Shown here: piece by piece, positions 1 to 12,009 of the stretch | Layout: each line of letters begins with the position of its first letter | Numbering within the stretch: the first letter of the stretch is position 1 | Assembly (NCBI GenBank): GCA_002269645.1 | Contig: NIVC01000038.1 | Location: forward strand, 1,054,001 to 1,118,000 | Direction of reading: 5' to 3' | Source of the DNA: Macrostomum lignano | Lineage: Eukaryota | DNA: 64,000 nt | The notes under the pieces: model-generated | What the model was told of the DNA's origin: nothing | The model's database searches: none | What the model saw: only the letters and a program-made list of their open reading frames with translations | Made by a program: the position numbers and the translations under genes

Positions 1-369
1 TCGCTATTCTGGAGATTTCTGCATCCATCTTGACGTTTGTTGGGGCGAAAGGTAGCTAAGATGACGTCTGCAATCTGATCACATCTAGAGATGAAATCTG
101 GATCCCATTTTTTCGACCCTGAAACAAAGGAGAGCCGTGTTTGGACGAGAAAAATATCAAATACCACGGTCAAGGCTCACCGTGATAAGCACTTCGAGAA
201 GATCATAATGACAATTCTCTTTGATCGTTCTGGCCCATTCACAATCGAGTTCTTAGAAGAAGAGCAGACGATAAATGCTGACTGCTTTTGCGCAACTGTA
301 CAGAAACTCAAGTCGGGCATCGAAAGCAAGCGTCGGTACGGTGAGAAGCCGTACCTTCTGCACTATTAA
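1..369 (+). pseudogene. mariner (Tc1/mariner) transposase fragment
   Basis: LITSRDEIWI (TGDETW-like first Asp motif), then after a frameshift FDPETKE..W, MTILFDRSG..IEFLEEEQTINAD and YLLH. These follow mariner motifs in order. Truncated at 369. Confidence 0.8.
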
Positions 370-381
370 AATAATATTATA

Positions 382-1200
382 ATGGATGAACTAGACGCAA
401 AAGCCTTTGACGATTTGCTAGCCAATTTTACAGTAGACTTGTGTCAAGATGAGGTGGTAACCACCCAGTAGCAACCAAGAGAGGTGGTAGACACCCAACA
501 GAAACAGGTAGAGGTGGTAGACACCCAACAGAAAAAGGTAGAGGTGGTACACACCCCAAAAGAAGAAGCAATATACACTCAACAGAGGTGGTAATCACCC
601 AAGAAAGTGCCAAACCAGTTTTAAAATTGATCATTATTAAAAAGACACATTAATCGGATATTACGAGTATTAACCGCACAGTCTTCACGCTCGTCTAGTG
701 ATACGGAAAAGACAAGCGGAGAGACTGCTAGTCCCTGAAGCCGCACTAATCTGCCAATACCAGGCTGGATCCACACACACGCAGTATGTACCTACGAAGA
801 GGCCAAGACAACAGCAACAGCACTAGCAACATGGAAAGCCAATACTGACCGGTCTAGTTCATACTCACAATGACAATCAATGCACAGCCGCCGCTCCATC
901 AGGTGGCCAGGCTGCAACAGCAGCCAGCGCAAGAAGCCCCACCTGTAGTGTACACCAATCAGCGGCTGGCCCAACAGAAGCTGATGTCGTTCGGCGTGAA
1001 CTACTCAGATGTCCTAGCAGGAATTCCAGGCGCGCAACATAAGACCTACAAGCAATTGATTGGCCAATTAAAAATTTACTTAATGAGATTTGTGCTGGAG
1101 GCGAGCTGTCATATACGCCTCCAATCAATAATGCAATTCGGCTGGGCTTATCAGCAGCTGAAGCTGCGGTATGAGTGTGCTGGACTGGGGCAAACATCAA
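382..1200 (+). pseudogene. decayed unknown ORF homologous to 22753-23832 (Gypsy ORF3-like family)
   Basis: ATG at 382 gives MDELDAKAFDDLLANF, followed by VLKLIIIK. Later SFGVNYSDVLAGIPGAQHKTYKQLIGQLKIYLM and QFGW align with the 22.7-kb ORF. Stops and frameshifts present. Confidence 0.5.
461..600 (+). repeat. about 30-bp tandem repeat (GAGGTGGTAGACACCCAACAGAAACAGGTA) encoding EVVDTQQKQV
   Basis: Four to five imperfect copies visible. Confidence 0.75.
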
Positions 1201-1774
1201 CTGGCCAGTACGACACAGTTTACCGACAGAATTCGATATTAATTAACTGCAAACATAACGAACTGACAAATTTAACGTATGGTGGTACAGTTGCAAAATC
1301 ATCATTATTGCCCACATGCTTTGCTCATTATTACTTGCATGTTATGCTCATTATTACTTACATGCAATTGATGTGGCTGCAGCCTTCTGCTGCAAGCATA
1401 GAGCCGCAGTCACATCTTAGGCACTTCTACAGTCCGCAGCTAGTATCTGGAATAGGAACTGTTCTGCTGCCTCCATGCACTCTAAGCAGCCTTCCTTGGC
1501 GCTGAAAAGTCGCGCAATATGGCGCAATCGAGCCGTCCTAATGAGGCTCATTAACATAGGAAATTAGGAAGTTTAGCCTAGGGTTAGTTAGTGGAAGCCG
1601 CCATAATTGGCGCTTGCCTGTACAGTTGTTGCCTGGCCTGCCACGTACGATAGCTCAGTGTACGCCAGCCTAGTTAGCTGCACTCCTCCCCACACGGCAT
1701 GCGAAAATAAAGAACATAATACGCGTAACTAGATGATAGCAAGAGCGTAGCTGAATCAGTGACATTGAAATCAC

Positions 1775-2463
1775 GTGCGCCTTCAAACCAACGCCATTCC
1801 GGCTGCTACCAAGGATAACAGTTTTTTCCCGAAACCGCTCAAGGGAAGGGGATTTTCTGCGCTGGTCAATCGTGGGACGAATTATTGGAACAATTTCATA
1901 AAAACCATGAGTGCGAAGGCTGGATTGCACAAGCAACACACGAACCACTGTATCCTGTAATTATTTACGTTTAATTTACCTGACTGTGATTAATTTTAGG
2001 CAATGTGTAAATGTTTTACTTCATTTCATTTCATTTATGCTTCATTTACATGTATTTTTCTCACAGGGTAACAAGAATTTGCGACCTGCATTTGCTTGGC
2101 TACAGTGTCAGTGATATCATGTCCGTGACTAGACACAAGTGTGAAAAGAGTGTGCGCGGCTACCTGAGGGTTCAGAGGGATCCAAGCCTGTATCGCGCAT
2201 CGATGGCCGCGCAGGATGCACTTCGCATTGTTCCGGCATCACAGCTGAATACCAGCTTGGTACCAGACAGTCAGTCTGTACAGAATGCAGCGAGTGTCAG
2301 TCAGTTAACACAGTCGCTATCTCTACTAGTGGAATATCCTCAGCGCCAGGTTTCAGTCAGTGCCAGTTTAATTGTCGGTCATGCCAGGTCCAGCATTGAT
2401 GGGTTCAAGTTCTCAGGATGCCAAATCACAAGCTGCACGTTTATTATTCAGCCGAAAGAATGA
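1775..2463 (+). pseudogene. Crypton-type tyrosine recombinase (DUF3504-like) C-terminal part with one intron
   Basis: KTMSAKAGLHKQHTNHCI, GT-AG intron 1957-2066, then VTRICDLHLLGYSVSDIMSVTRHKCEKSVRGYLR and the terminal FSGCQITSCTF motif. Matches the YR HxxR...H...Y layout. 5' truncated. Confidence 0.75.
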
Positions 2464-2742
2464 GCTTAATGACATCTGTGCTTTGTGGCACTACAAACTA
2501 TACGCAAATTGGTCTGAACCCATGATAGCCCTTCATTACGTTTCTGTTTTTATTAAGTGTAGTTAATTTTGTAGTTAATATGAGTATCGTTTACGTATGA
2601 CATTGTATGCTGCTTTTTTCACATTTTGTTTTGTCTCTTCTGAAATTCCGGTTTCGTCTATGTTCTATGTCGATGCGACCTTGGTTCTGGAAATGGAAGT
2701 AAAAAACGCCTAGTGAACATCAATGGGCTGAGGTAAGAAGCC

Positions 2743-2799
<57 letters not shown>
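2743..2799. repeat. (AG)n microsatellite
   Basis: About 28 AG units. Confidence 0.95.
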
Positions 2800-2801
<2 letters not shown>

Positions 2802-3841
2802 AGAGGTTTGGGTGCCGATCGATGGAAGCGAGCACTTGTCAGCATGAGAGGCTCAACTACCATTGTGATTCTCACTACACCACCTCTTTTGGCGCTATCC
2901 ACATTGCAGAGTAGACAGTAGAGCAAAAGTTTCCTTACTGAGCAGAAAAAAACTGGAAAAATTGTAAAAGCTCGTTTAGGCGTATGCAGAAAACCGAGAA
3001 GAAGCTCAAACCGTCACGGGTGATTTCACCAGCAGGAACACAGAAACGGCCGCTGGGAAAACAGCGCTGCGAGACACATGCCCCAAGCTTTTTAAAAAAA
3101 CCCACGCATCATAAAAAAGCTTCAATTTTTTTCAGTCTGCGAAATTCTTCTCAGATGAGTCAGTTACATTAGTTTTAATGAGAGAAGACAAACTATACTT
3201 ACTGTAGGTTCTACTACTAAAAGTAGCTCATCTGGTGTCCCACCGGTTGCGCATTTAACAAGAAAATACAAACCGCCAATACATTTTTTGCTTTAAACTA
3301 TCGATAAGTTAAAATATTGATGTTTGCAACACAAATGCACAACATTCTTAAAGTTAAATGAAGATTGGCAGACAAGAAGTCGCAATGGGAACAGCTGTGC
3401 TAAGTTGAATAGCTCCCTACTCCCGATGCAGTTTGGGAGCTACATGTAGGATTGCTGAGAGCATATTGAGAACTGGAGATGCGATTCAGTGGGTAGTCAA
3501 AATAATTAGCTAGCACACCTCCCACTACAGTTTCTACTTAATGGGTCTCTTAAGTAAAATGAATACCTGTCAATGAAATCGGAGGCCTGCCTTTCCAGGG
3601 TTTTCTAATATTGGATGCCAAACCCTGTTGGGACTAAAAACAATTGCATAGACAGCTGTTCCCACTGGTGATCTGGCAATCAAAATTATAGCAGGAGCCG
3701 CGCAAACACAGCTGCAACTGATTCTCGTCAATACTGGCATCCTGATACAGACAGTCAGGCTGCACAAAAAGTAATCCCCAGACTAGAATTATCCTAATCC
3801 ACAGACTAGGATTATATCCCGCCCACAATCACTACACACAG

Positions 3842-4616
3842 GCTGCTGGCTCCATTGACACGAGGCCCACTAGGCGCGGGGCTGGCGCTACCAAAGAAGC
3901 AGCAGCAGCTAAGAGTGCGGCAGCAGAGGACACCCGGGCTGCTTCGTCCATTAACGCCGCCTCAGAGTCCGATGCGCGCGGCACCAAAGATGGTGCTCCC
4001 GCAAAGACAGCGGCCGTGGCTAAGGCCCCTAGCGCTGTAAGAGACTGAAACTCGAATTTTGTAAATTACTGAAATTAACTACGTACGAGCTATTTAAATA
4101 TTCGCACGTCTAAAACGTTTGTAAATTACAGTGTAGCAAAATTCGATACGCCTTAAAAATAGAACCCTGAGGTATATACAACTTTTGCGATGTTTCCAAA
4201 TCCAACTTGTAAATTTCGCCTACATTCACTACACACAGGCTACATCCCGTGCGAGACGAAAAGGCGCAAACACCGCTGCCGCCACCTCCGCTGCCGCCAC
4301 CTGTGCTGACGCCGCCACGGCTGACGACGACACCTCCCAGGCCACCATACCGGCTGCCGCCACAACCTCTGACTCCACCTCCACCTCTGCCGCGGAGGAA
4401 CGCATGCGGTCCCTTCGCAAGCGTTCAGGCTTTGACTCCGTGCCGCAGCTACAAGAGCGGAAAAGGAGGCGGAAAATACCGCAAAAAGGCGGAGAAAATA
4501 AGAGCAACAGCGAGGTCGATCCGAGCAACCTCCTGCAGGGTGTGCTGCGCACTCGCACAGCGGCACACTCTTCCGCCGACTCCGAGACTACGACATCGAA
4601 AGTGTCCGGAATGTAA
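3842..4616 (+). CDS. two spliced low-complexity Ala/Ser/Thr-rich exons, product unknown
   Basis: Exon 3842-4036 (65 codons, GTAAGA donor) joins in phase 0 to exon 4239-4616. Both acceptors read CACTACACACAG|GCT. Confidence 0.4.
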
Positions 4617-4699
4617 ATTTAATTTGACATCAATTCGCTCCCATCAACTATTGCGTCGAGTATTGTGTCTACCGCTTGGCCGGAGGCTTTGAGGCTCTA

Positions 4700-4990
4700 C
4701 TTGTAGTAGTACAACAACAACAACAAAATACGCTGTCAGGATGTCAAAAGTCAGCGTCACAGGGCGCGTTTCATGGCTTGGGCGCGAACAAAGGCCGCGC
4801 CACCGGCAGTGTCCGGGGCGCCGGCGTCAGCCAGCAGACAGTCGACGTAACGCCTAGTTCGCGCTTGACCTCGCCGGTAGGGTGCCTGCAGCGTGAGCAG
4901 CAGCACCTCCTGCACCGGCTGTGGGCAGTACGACTCGGTGCGGATGAGATGGCCTGTGAGCTGGAGTCGCCGACGGCGCAGTCGGCTAGT
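4700..4990 (-). mobile_element. 3' end of an RTE-like non-LTR retrotransposon
   Basis: RRRRLQLTGHLIR...RRGQARTRRYVDCLLAD resembles the RTE-type post-RT C-terminus (RRLxWxGHxxR-like). Stop at 4757, followed by a (TTG)n simple tail. Confidence 0.6.
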
Positions 4991-5039
4991 GATAGTGATA
5001 GTAGTAGTAGTGATAAGAAGAGAAAAAAGCAAATATGAT

Positions 5040-5760
5040 AGGGGAGACGGGAGAAGAGTTGAGAGGAGAGTTCAGAGGAGAGATGAGAGAAGAGAATACA
5101 GAATATGAAAGGAGAGATGAGAGGAGAGGCGAGGGAAAAGATGAGGGATGAGAGGAGAGGAAATGACACGAGAGATGAGAGAAGGGATGAGAGATAAGTT
5201 ATCAGAATAGATATGAGGGGAGATATGAGAGGAGAGATAAGAGAACAGATAAGAGATGAGAAGAGACGATATGACAGGGGGAAAGCTCAAATAACCCTTG
5301 CTTTAAATTCTCGCAAACAAAAATGTAACCTGATTTAAGTTTGTCTAATAATTTTCGTGATATAAGTGTCATGTTTCTTTTGTAAACATTTACTTTGTGC
5401 ATTTCGTTTTAAATTTGCTTTATGAGAGAAGACAGTAGAGGATATGAAACGAGAAATAGGAGGATAGGTGAGAGAAGAGATGAGAGATGAGAAGAGAGGA
5501 ATTGACAGGAGAGATGAGAGAAGGGATGAGAAGAGAGGAATTGATGAGAGATACGATATGAGGGGAAAGATGAGAGAACATATAAGATATGAGAAGAGAG
5601 GATATGACAGGGGGAAAGCTCAAATAACCGTTGGTTTATTTTCTCGCAAACAAAATTGCAACCTGTTTTAAGTGTGTCTACTAATTTTCCTGATATGTGT
5701 CATGTTTCTATTGTAAAAAATTACTTTGTGCATTTCTTTTACTTTTGCTTTTGTAAATAT
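5040..5760. repeat. two diverged copies of an about 335-bp unit (GA-rich tract plus AT-rich tail)
   Basis: GATATGACAGGGGGAAAGCTCAAATAACC at 5268 and 5601 with homologous tails. Confidence 0.75.
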
Positions 5761-6468
5761 TTCCTGACGACATGAGTATAGATTGTGGGCGGTAAAAGAT
5801 TGTGGGCGGTAAAAGGTAAATAGTTACATTTTTTATGCCTGCTCCACAAGTGTGAAGTCGGTTGGCAAATATCTTTGGATGAACCCCGCGGCCAGCAACA
5901 GCGTAATTGGGAAACGAGCTGCGAGACCCCACTCGGATTACGTAACTGTTTTGTGCTGGCGACCCGAAGAAAGTGGCTATTGACAGTTTCCTATCATTGT
6001 TTTGTGCCAATCGCCTTTCTGGAAAAGAGGTGCCCTGGATATACAGCGGGCCCTGGATGTACATTGAGTGCCGGCCATATATATACTCGCAGAAAACTCA
6101 AGACCTCTGCACTCAGTCATAGTCACTTCTGATAATCTTCTGATTTTAGGTTTTAGATTTTAGGTTTGATTTTTTTATTCCCAGACATTTCCAGACTAAA
6201 AAACAAAGAAAGCACGGCTACTTCCTGTTACATATTTTTATAGCTAGCGTGCTCACTGAGCATTTAGGTAAGTATCTATTATGTACTTTTTTAATGATTG
6301 CTAAAAAGAGGCATTAGTACAAAATTGTATATTATTGGAAGAGACTGTATTGTATCTCATTCCTTCTTTTTATAATTAACCTAGCCTAGAAGAGGAAGCA
6401 TTTCTATTTTTTAAAAATATCTGACACTTTCTGCATTCTTATTCGTGTTTAACTTTACGATGTGACAG

Positions 6469-6653
6469 GTCGCGACCCTCTGCTTCGTGTAAACGTAAAG
6501 ACAAAAGTTAAAAGCCAAATACATTTTGAGCTGGATGCCAACATCTATATTCTTATTGCCGTAGTAGCCTTCTGGGCTATCATTAAGATACTTATGTTGG
6601 CAATAAAAAGACGTTTAAGCAAGGAAAGAAGACGCAGAGCCCAGCAGCCGCAG
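6469..6653 (+). CDS. possible isolated exon encoding a single transmembrane helix and basic tail
   Basis: AG at 6467-68 and GT at 6654. IYILIAVVAFWAIIKILMLAI followed by KRRLSKERRRR. Confidence 0.25.
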
Positions 6654-8158
6654 GTGTCCTTTACATCAAATGTGGTGAACTGTATTTACAATTTTTCAAC
6701 TAGACTTTGCGAACGGTTTTTTTGTTCTGTTTGTTTGTTCGTTGTTGGTTTTTTTCGTTTGTTTTGCTTTGCTTTGAGCTTTTGACATTCTCAAATTAAA
6801 ACTTGCTTTTCATGTTGCATGTTTTATGCATTCAGGCTTCACGATTCTCCAGTTTTTTAGCAGTTTTGACATTTTGCTTCTTATGTAGTTTTACGCTTTA
6901 ATGTTTGAGATAAAGGAAGGCAAAGACAACAAACAACACATGGCTAGAAAGAGGCCAGGCGGTGGCAGCAGGGCAGAGTAACGCTGGCGGCGAGTGAAAA
7001 CCAGTCGATAAACATAGGATCATTTTATGTAGTTAAATTGTTCCACTTCGAAAATCACATTCAAGCTCATTTTTGCGTAATTTAGATATAACTCGAAGAA
7101 AAACGGTTATTAATAGATACGTCACCTACCCACAACGTCTCATACATATCTCATATACATATCTCATGTCTCATGTTTTATACACACGCACACATGGGCC
7201 AATAGTGGAGAAAAGTGGAGAGACATATATTTTTAAGTCTCCTGCTTTGCTTTTAGCTTGAATATTGTTGGAAGCAAATTAACTGTTGTTTTAATTTCTG
7301 TATATAAATATACCTTCGCAAGTGAATGTGAAACAGTAAGGTAGAACGTAAAGTTGAACATTTAACATAGAAAAAACAACATATATGGACTTTAATGTAT
7401 TTTTTAGATCAACAAATTAACTGCTGAACAATACGAGTCTATCTTCTTTATAAAATCTTCTATGTAACTGAATCTCTACATAACTGAGTCTCTATAGACT
7501 TAGGGATGAACTTTGTAGAATTATTTGGAAAGCTCTGCTATTGGTTGCCGTGCCTTGCTTCTGGTTTGTTGTTAGTGGCTCGATCAGTCTTTTACTTGAC
7601 TTGTTGTTTCAAAGAGACTTGGGAATTTAAGGTTATGAAGCTCACTTTTCTGTCTTTAGTTTCAGTCGCTCTAACGGCGTCAAAAACCGTTCTCAGGGCC
7701 TCAAACACGCTCTAAAATACGAAATATGCTCTGAATGAGGCAGAATAGAAATAGTGGGGAAAAGGAATATAAGTAAGAAGTAAGAAGTAAGAAGTAAGAA
7801 GTAAAAAGTGATGGCACACGCATAACTGGCGACTATTTATGTTATTTAACTATTTCTAGAGATGGCACAGTCAATTGAAAAAAAATCGGTAGCTGGAGTG
7901 GATCATGTGGATCTGTAAGTGTACTTTTCACATAGTACTATGCAAATAATGAGTGCCTTTAGGCATTGCTTTATATATGTTTTAGGAGGGTTTAGTTCAA
8001 AGCAGTTTTGCTAAGGCGTTTGCCAGTTGAATTCCTATTTGTTGAGATAATTTTATTTAGTAACCCGAATCGAGTATAAACAGTTTTGCTTTTTCACTAC
8101 TGACAAGAGTTCACCGTCGGGAAAATACTTGAAGCGTTAGGAAATTATTCGGGTCTAT

Positions 8159-8640
8159 GAGAATTTCCCGCAGGAACTTTTCCCGCCGAGCTTTCCCCGC
8201 ACGAGTTTTTCCCGCACGAGATTTTCCCGCAGCGAGTTTTTCCCGCGACGAAAATTTGCCGCAGGAGTTTTTCCCGCACGAGATTCTCCCGCACAGAGTT
8301 TTTACCGCAGCGAGAGTTTCCCGCAGGAAATTTCCCCGTCGAGATTTTCCTGCCGAGCTTTTACCGCCGAGATTTTCCCGCACGAATTTTCCCCGCACAG
8401 ACTTTTTCCAGCAGAAAGATTTTCCCCGCAAGAAATTTCTCGTGATTGCCTGTTTACCTTAAGAAAAAAATTATAAAAAGGAAAGCTATTAGCAGAGACG
8501 CGATTTTTTTTGATAAATTCGACACAGGCAGCCAGCCAGGCAGGCAGACAGACAGACAGACAGGCAGACAGACAGGTAGGAAGGTAGTAAGGTAATGGAA
8601 GTAAGGTAAGGTAAGGTAATGGTAGTAAGGTAAGGTAAGG
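8159..8640. repeat. about 480-bp insertion in the LTR: TTTCCCGC-rich repeats, (GACA)n and (GGTAA)n
   Basis: Absent from the homologous position of the 38755 LTR. Probably a non-autonomous element; class not determined. Confidence 0.65.
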
Positions 8641-8828
8641 TAAAGGCTGATAAGCCTTGGGGAAAAGCATCCATTCAGGGCAATTCGTTTGAGATAGTCC
8701 ATTGGGACAACGTCTAAAAAAGACTAAAAGCTAAACATAAGGGAGTCTCTCCTTGTGTAAGAGCAAATTATAAACTCAAAAGAAACATAGAAAATGGGGT
8801 AAGTCCAGCGTAACATAGGGAGGCTAAA

Positions 8829-8975
8829 GGAGTCTACCATTAGTCAAAACGGAGTCTGCTATTAGTCAAAACGGAGTCTACCATTAGTCAAAACGGAGTC
8901 TACCATTAGTCAAAACGGAGTCTACCATTAGTCAAAACGGAGTCTACTATTAGTCAAAGTCAAAACGGAGTCTAC
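8829..8975 (+). repeat. 22-bp tandem repeat GGAGTCTACCATTAGTCAAAAC (6 units plus a partial)
   Basis: Units start at 8829, 8851, 8873, 8895, 8917, 8939 and 8967. Confidence 0.9.
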
Positions 8976-10322
8976 AGAGGCGGCGGAGCAGCGGAACCTG
9001 CTCGGTTATTTTGAGAATTTACGAGTGGAGGACAACCTGTTGATGATCGACCTGACTGACGGTCAGCAGTCCCCGAAAATTGTCCTGCCCGAAGCCCTCG
9101 ATGCCCAGGCGATCCAGGAGCTCCACAGTTCGCCACTGTGTGGTCACCTAGGCCAGACAAAAACGCTGAAACGACTGCGAGAACGATTCTGGCGGCCCGG
9201 ATTAGCCCGTGTCACCGAGAATTTTATCAGCAAATGCCGTGCCTGTCTCGAAAGCAAATCGCGAAGGCGAGACAAAGTTCCAGTTCAAAGCTTTCCAGTC
9301 TGCGAAGTACTAGGAAGAGTACATTGCGATTTAGTAGGCCCTATTGCTCAGAAGAGCAAGAGCGGGAACCGCTACATATTGACCTTGTGCGATGCAACGT
9401 CGAAGTACCCGTTCGCCTACCCGATGAGGAACCAGAAAGCCAAGACCATCATCAAGATCCTGCAGGAGCGCCTCATCCCGGATTTCGGTGTACCCTGCTG
9501 GATCCACTCGGACCAAGGCACCAACTTCACTGGATCCGCCTTCAAGAAGTTCTGCAACCTGTTTGGCATTCGACATACTAAAACAACACTGCATCTCCAT
9601 CAGCAACTGCGAGACGAGCACTACTCCAACCTGCCGAAGGCCAAGAAGCTCAAGCCCGGTGATTTGGTTTTCCTCAACAACCAGGTGCTCGAACCGGACG
9701 AGGCGGCGAAGTTTTATCGACCCTGCAAAGCACTCTATGAAGTCATCGAACCGAAAGGCGAGGTGGTCTACAAGATTCGCCGTAGACTGCCCAATCCGCG
9801 AGCCAGACGGGATGAACTTGTTGTTCATCGCCGCAACCTGCTCCACGTTCCTGATGCTGACTACGCGATGATTTCAGATCCCGAAGTCGAGAAGGCGAAG
9901 AAGCACAGACGACAGCCTGATGCTCCCGACGGTGCAGCACCCGCGACCCTGCCAACCGAGGTGCAGCCAGGAGGTGGACCAATCACGACACCAGCGAACC
10001 AGGCAAGTGCACTTCGGCGTGAGCCAGTGCCGTATGGTGAATGCCACCTGCGTGAGCCTGTTTCAAATGCATCTTTGCCTGCTGCTTCTTTTTCGCCCGT
10101 CCATGTCCCTACTCGCCCCGAACCTTTTCCTGCGGTACAGTCTCGTGTAACATCGCCATGCACCACTCCGGTGGAAGCGCCTGTAGGGCCAATAGGATTA
10201 GGTAGGCCAGCTAGGGACCGTAGGCCTCCAGAGAGGCTTCTTATTAGCGACACTAGGCCGCAAACGTACGCTAGTCGCACCGCCCGCATGCGCGCACAAA
10301 ATTTACCCATTTCAGCGCAGAA
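8976..10322 (+). pseudogene. pol: Gypsy integrase (element G1), internally deleted
   Basis: HHCC finger (HSSPLCGHLG...CRAC), VHCDLVGP and HSDQGTNF are present. An in-frame deletion after RHTKTT removes the catalytic Glu. GPY/F-like tail follows. Confidence 0.85.
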
Positions 10323-11448
10323 ATGCACTCATCCCGATGCGCCAAGCGCACTGAGCGCTCAGGATCTAGCGACGACGACCGCTACCGTGAACAGGTGTCA
10401 TACTGCTCGGCGCGGGAAGGCCCCCCGATGCGCGCGGCGGGCCAGTTTGAGCGGCCGGCCGAGCCACAGGCAGTCCGCCGCATTCACCCTCGCCTGCGGC
10501 TGCGACAGCGGCCAGGGTCGCCCTCGCTGACGCGCCAGCGTCGTTCGACACCGCTGGAGAGGGAGCCGCTCGCAGCGTCGCAGCGCCGAGCCTTCCGGCG
10601 ACGCCGAGGCCAGAGGCGCAGACCCCCACCTCCCGTGGAGGTCATTGACTTGACTGGCGACGACTCATCGCCCCGGGTGCGACGGCTCCGGACGCTAGAG
10701 CCCCGCGAAAGGACACATCGTGAGGACAGCGCGGACCCGGAGCCGACGGTCGCTGCCCTGAGACGGACGCTCATCCCTGCCCGCCCAACCGAGCGACAAG
10801 GAGCGGGTCCGGGCCCCAGCAGTGCGCAGGCTGCAGCGGCGACTTTTGGAGCTGTCAGCTCGACGCCTACACCGGGACGCCAGCCCCGGTCTACAACGAC
10901 CCAAATTGGCGGACCAAACTTCGGGCTAGTGCCATCGTCACCCGGCCATGACAGCCCGCCCCGGCTCCTGCCGATCCTGCGGCCTGGTGAGGCCCCCACC
11001 TGTGACGCCGAGGTTCAGACCGAAGAACCGGTCCCAGACACGCCATACACCTACACCTGGGCTGACCTGGCCGAAGAGCTCCGCGGCGCCTTCCCGACGG
11101 TGCCCCTGAACTCACCCGCAGGTCCGGCCAGGGTAGCGTCGGCGAAGGAACTCGGCCCGGAGGACCCGGTAGAGGCCGGCGCGGCCTTCTTGGCGGCACT
11201 CTTCGTCGCCGCGGCTCAACGGGGCGAAGAGCCAAACTTCGCGAAGCCTACTTAGACCCGGCTGCGGTCTCTCTCCGACCAGGACCGGCAGGAGGCGGTC
11301 GACCGCGCTGCCGCCCTCGCGGATGACGCCATCCAGGCTCCGGAGTTCCCGACGACCTTGCGCAGCGTGGCCCGACTCGCCGTTCGGTGTATGTCCGGCC
11401 GTACACCGGTACTGCCCGGGAGGCTAGCCAGGTCCCGGAGCTGTTGAA
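10323..11448 (+). pseudogene. G1 ORF3 (non-env, unknown function), one internal stop at 11253-11255
   Basis: ATG directly after the integrase region with acceptor TTTCAG at 10310-10315. The frame continues past the TAG to 11448. Confidence 0.6.
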
Positions 11449-12009
11449 CGGCAAGTGCAACGCTATTGACTGCCCAAGCTGGACGGACTCGGATTTAATC
11501 TCCTTTTGTTTCATTTCAGGTGCTCTCGCCCCATTCTGTACGCCGATGAGATGTGCATGCCTCTTCTTAGGTCACCGCGTACTTGGCCGGCCATCTCTCG
11601 AACGTTCGCATTTGTTTTTTTTTCTCCCTGCGCGCGTGTCATGTCCCCGGGATCTGCCAATTGACTCCCGGCATCCCACCAAACCTATTTAGGCGCCCTT
11701 TTGTTTTACGCTAATAGCTGGGCCGGCGCCCCCGCCATTATTCTAGACCAGTAATAGGGCACCAGTCCGTTCCAACTTTAATCAGGTCAACCATTTTCTA
11801 GTAATTCAATTTTACTGCATTTCCATCTAATCAGGTTAAATCATCGTTTTACCAGTTTCAGGTTCGCATTTGTCAACTCTATGTCGCCTTTTCTAATAAC
11901 GCCAAAGTATCATATTGTTTGCTTTATTAAGTACAAATTTATTTTTGTTGTTTTAAATAAAGCGGCTACGCTTCCACTCCGCCTCATCATTTGAACGGGT
12001 AGAGTGAAG

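Larger units (their letters stand above)
7978..8975 (+). mobile_element. truncated Gypsy LTR (U3 part) related to the 38755 LTR
   Basis: Starts TGT. GGGTTTAGTTCAA.GCAGTTTTGCTAAGG, GCCTTGGG.AAAAGCATCC and GGAGTCTACC blocks are colinear with 38755-39280. Fused directly to integrase sequence at about 8975. Confidence 0.8.

Noticed and set aside
5850-6132. EGF-like exon (CPGYTAGPGC)
   Set aside because: Cysteine spacing is incomplete; only one suggestive motif.
7506-7715. Small secreted peptide (MKLTFLSLVSVALTAS)
   Set aside because: Short ORF in AT-rich DNA with no supporting splice or homology evidence.
9025-10530. Functional 501-aa integrase
   Set aside because: An internal deletion removes the catalytic Glu, and gag, PR and RT are missing.
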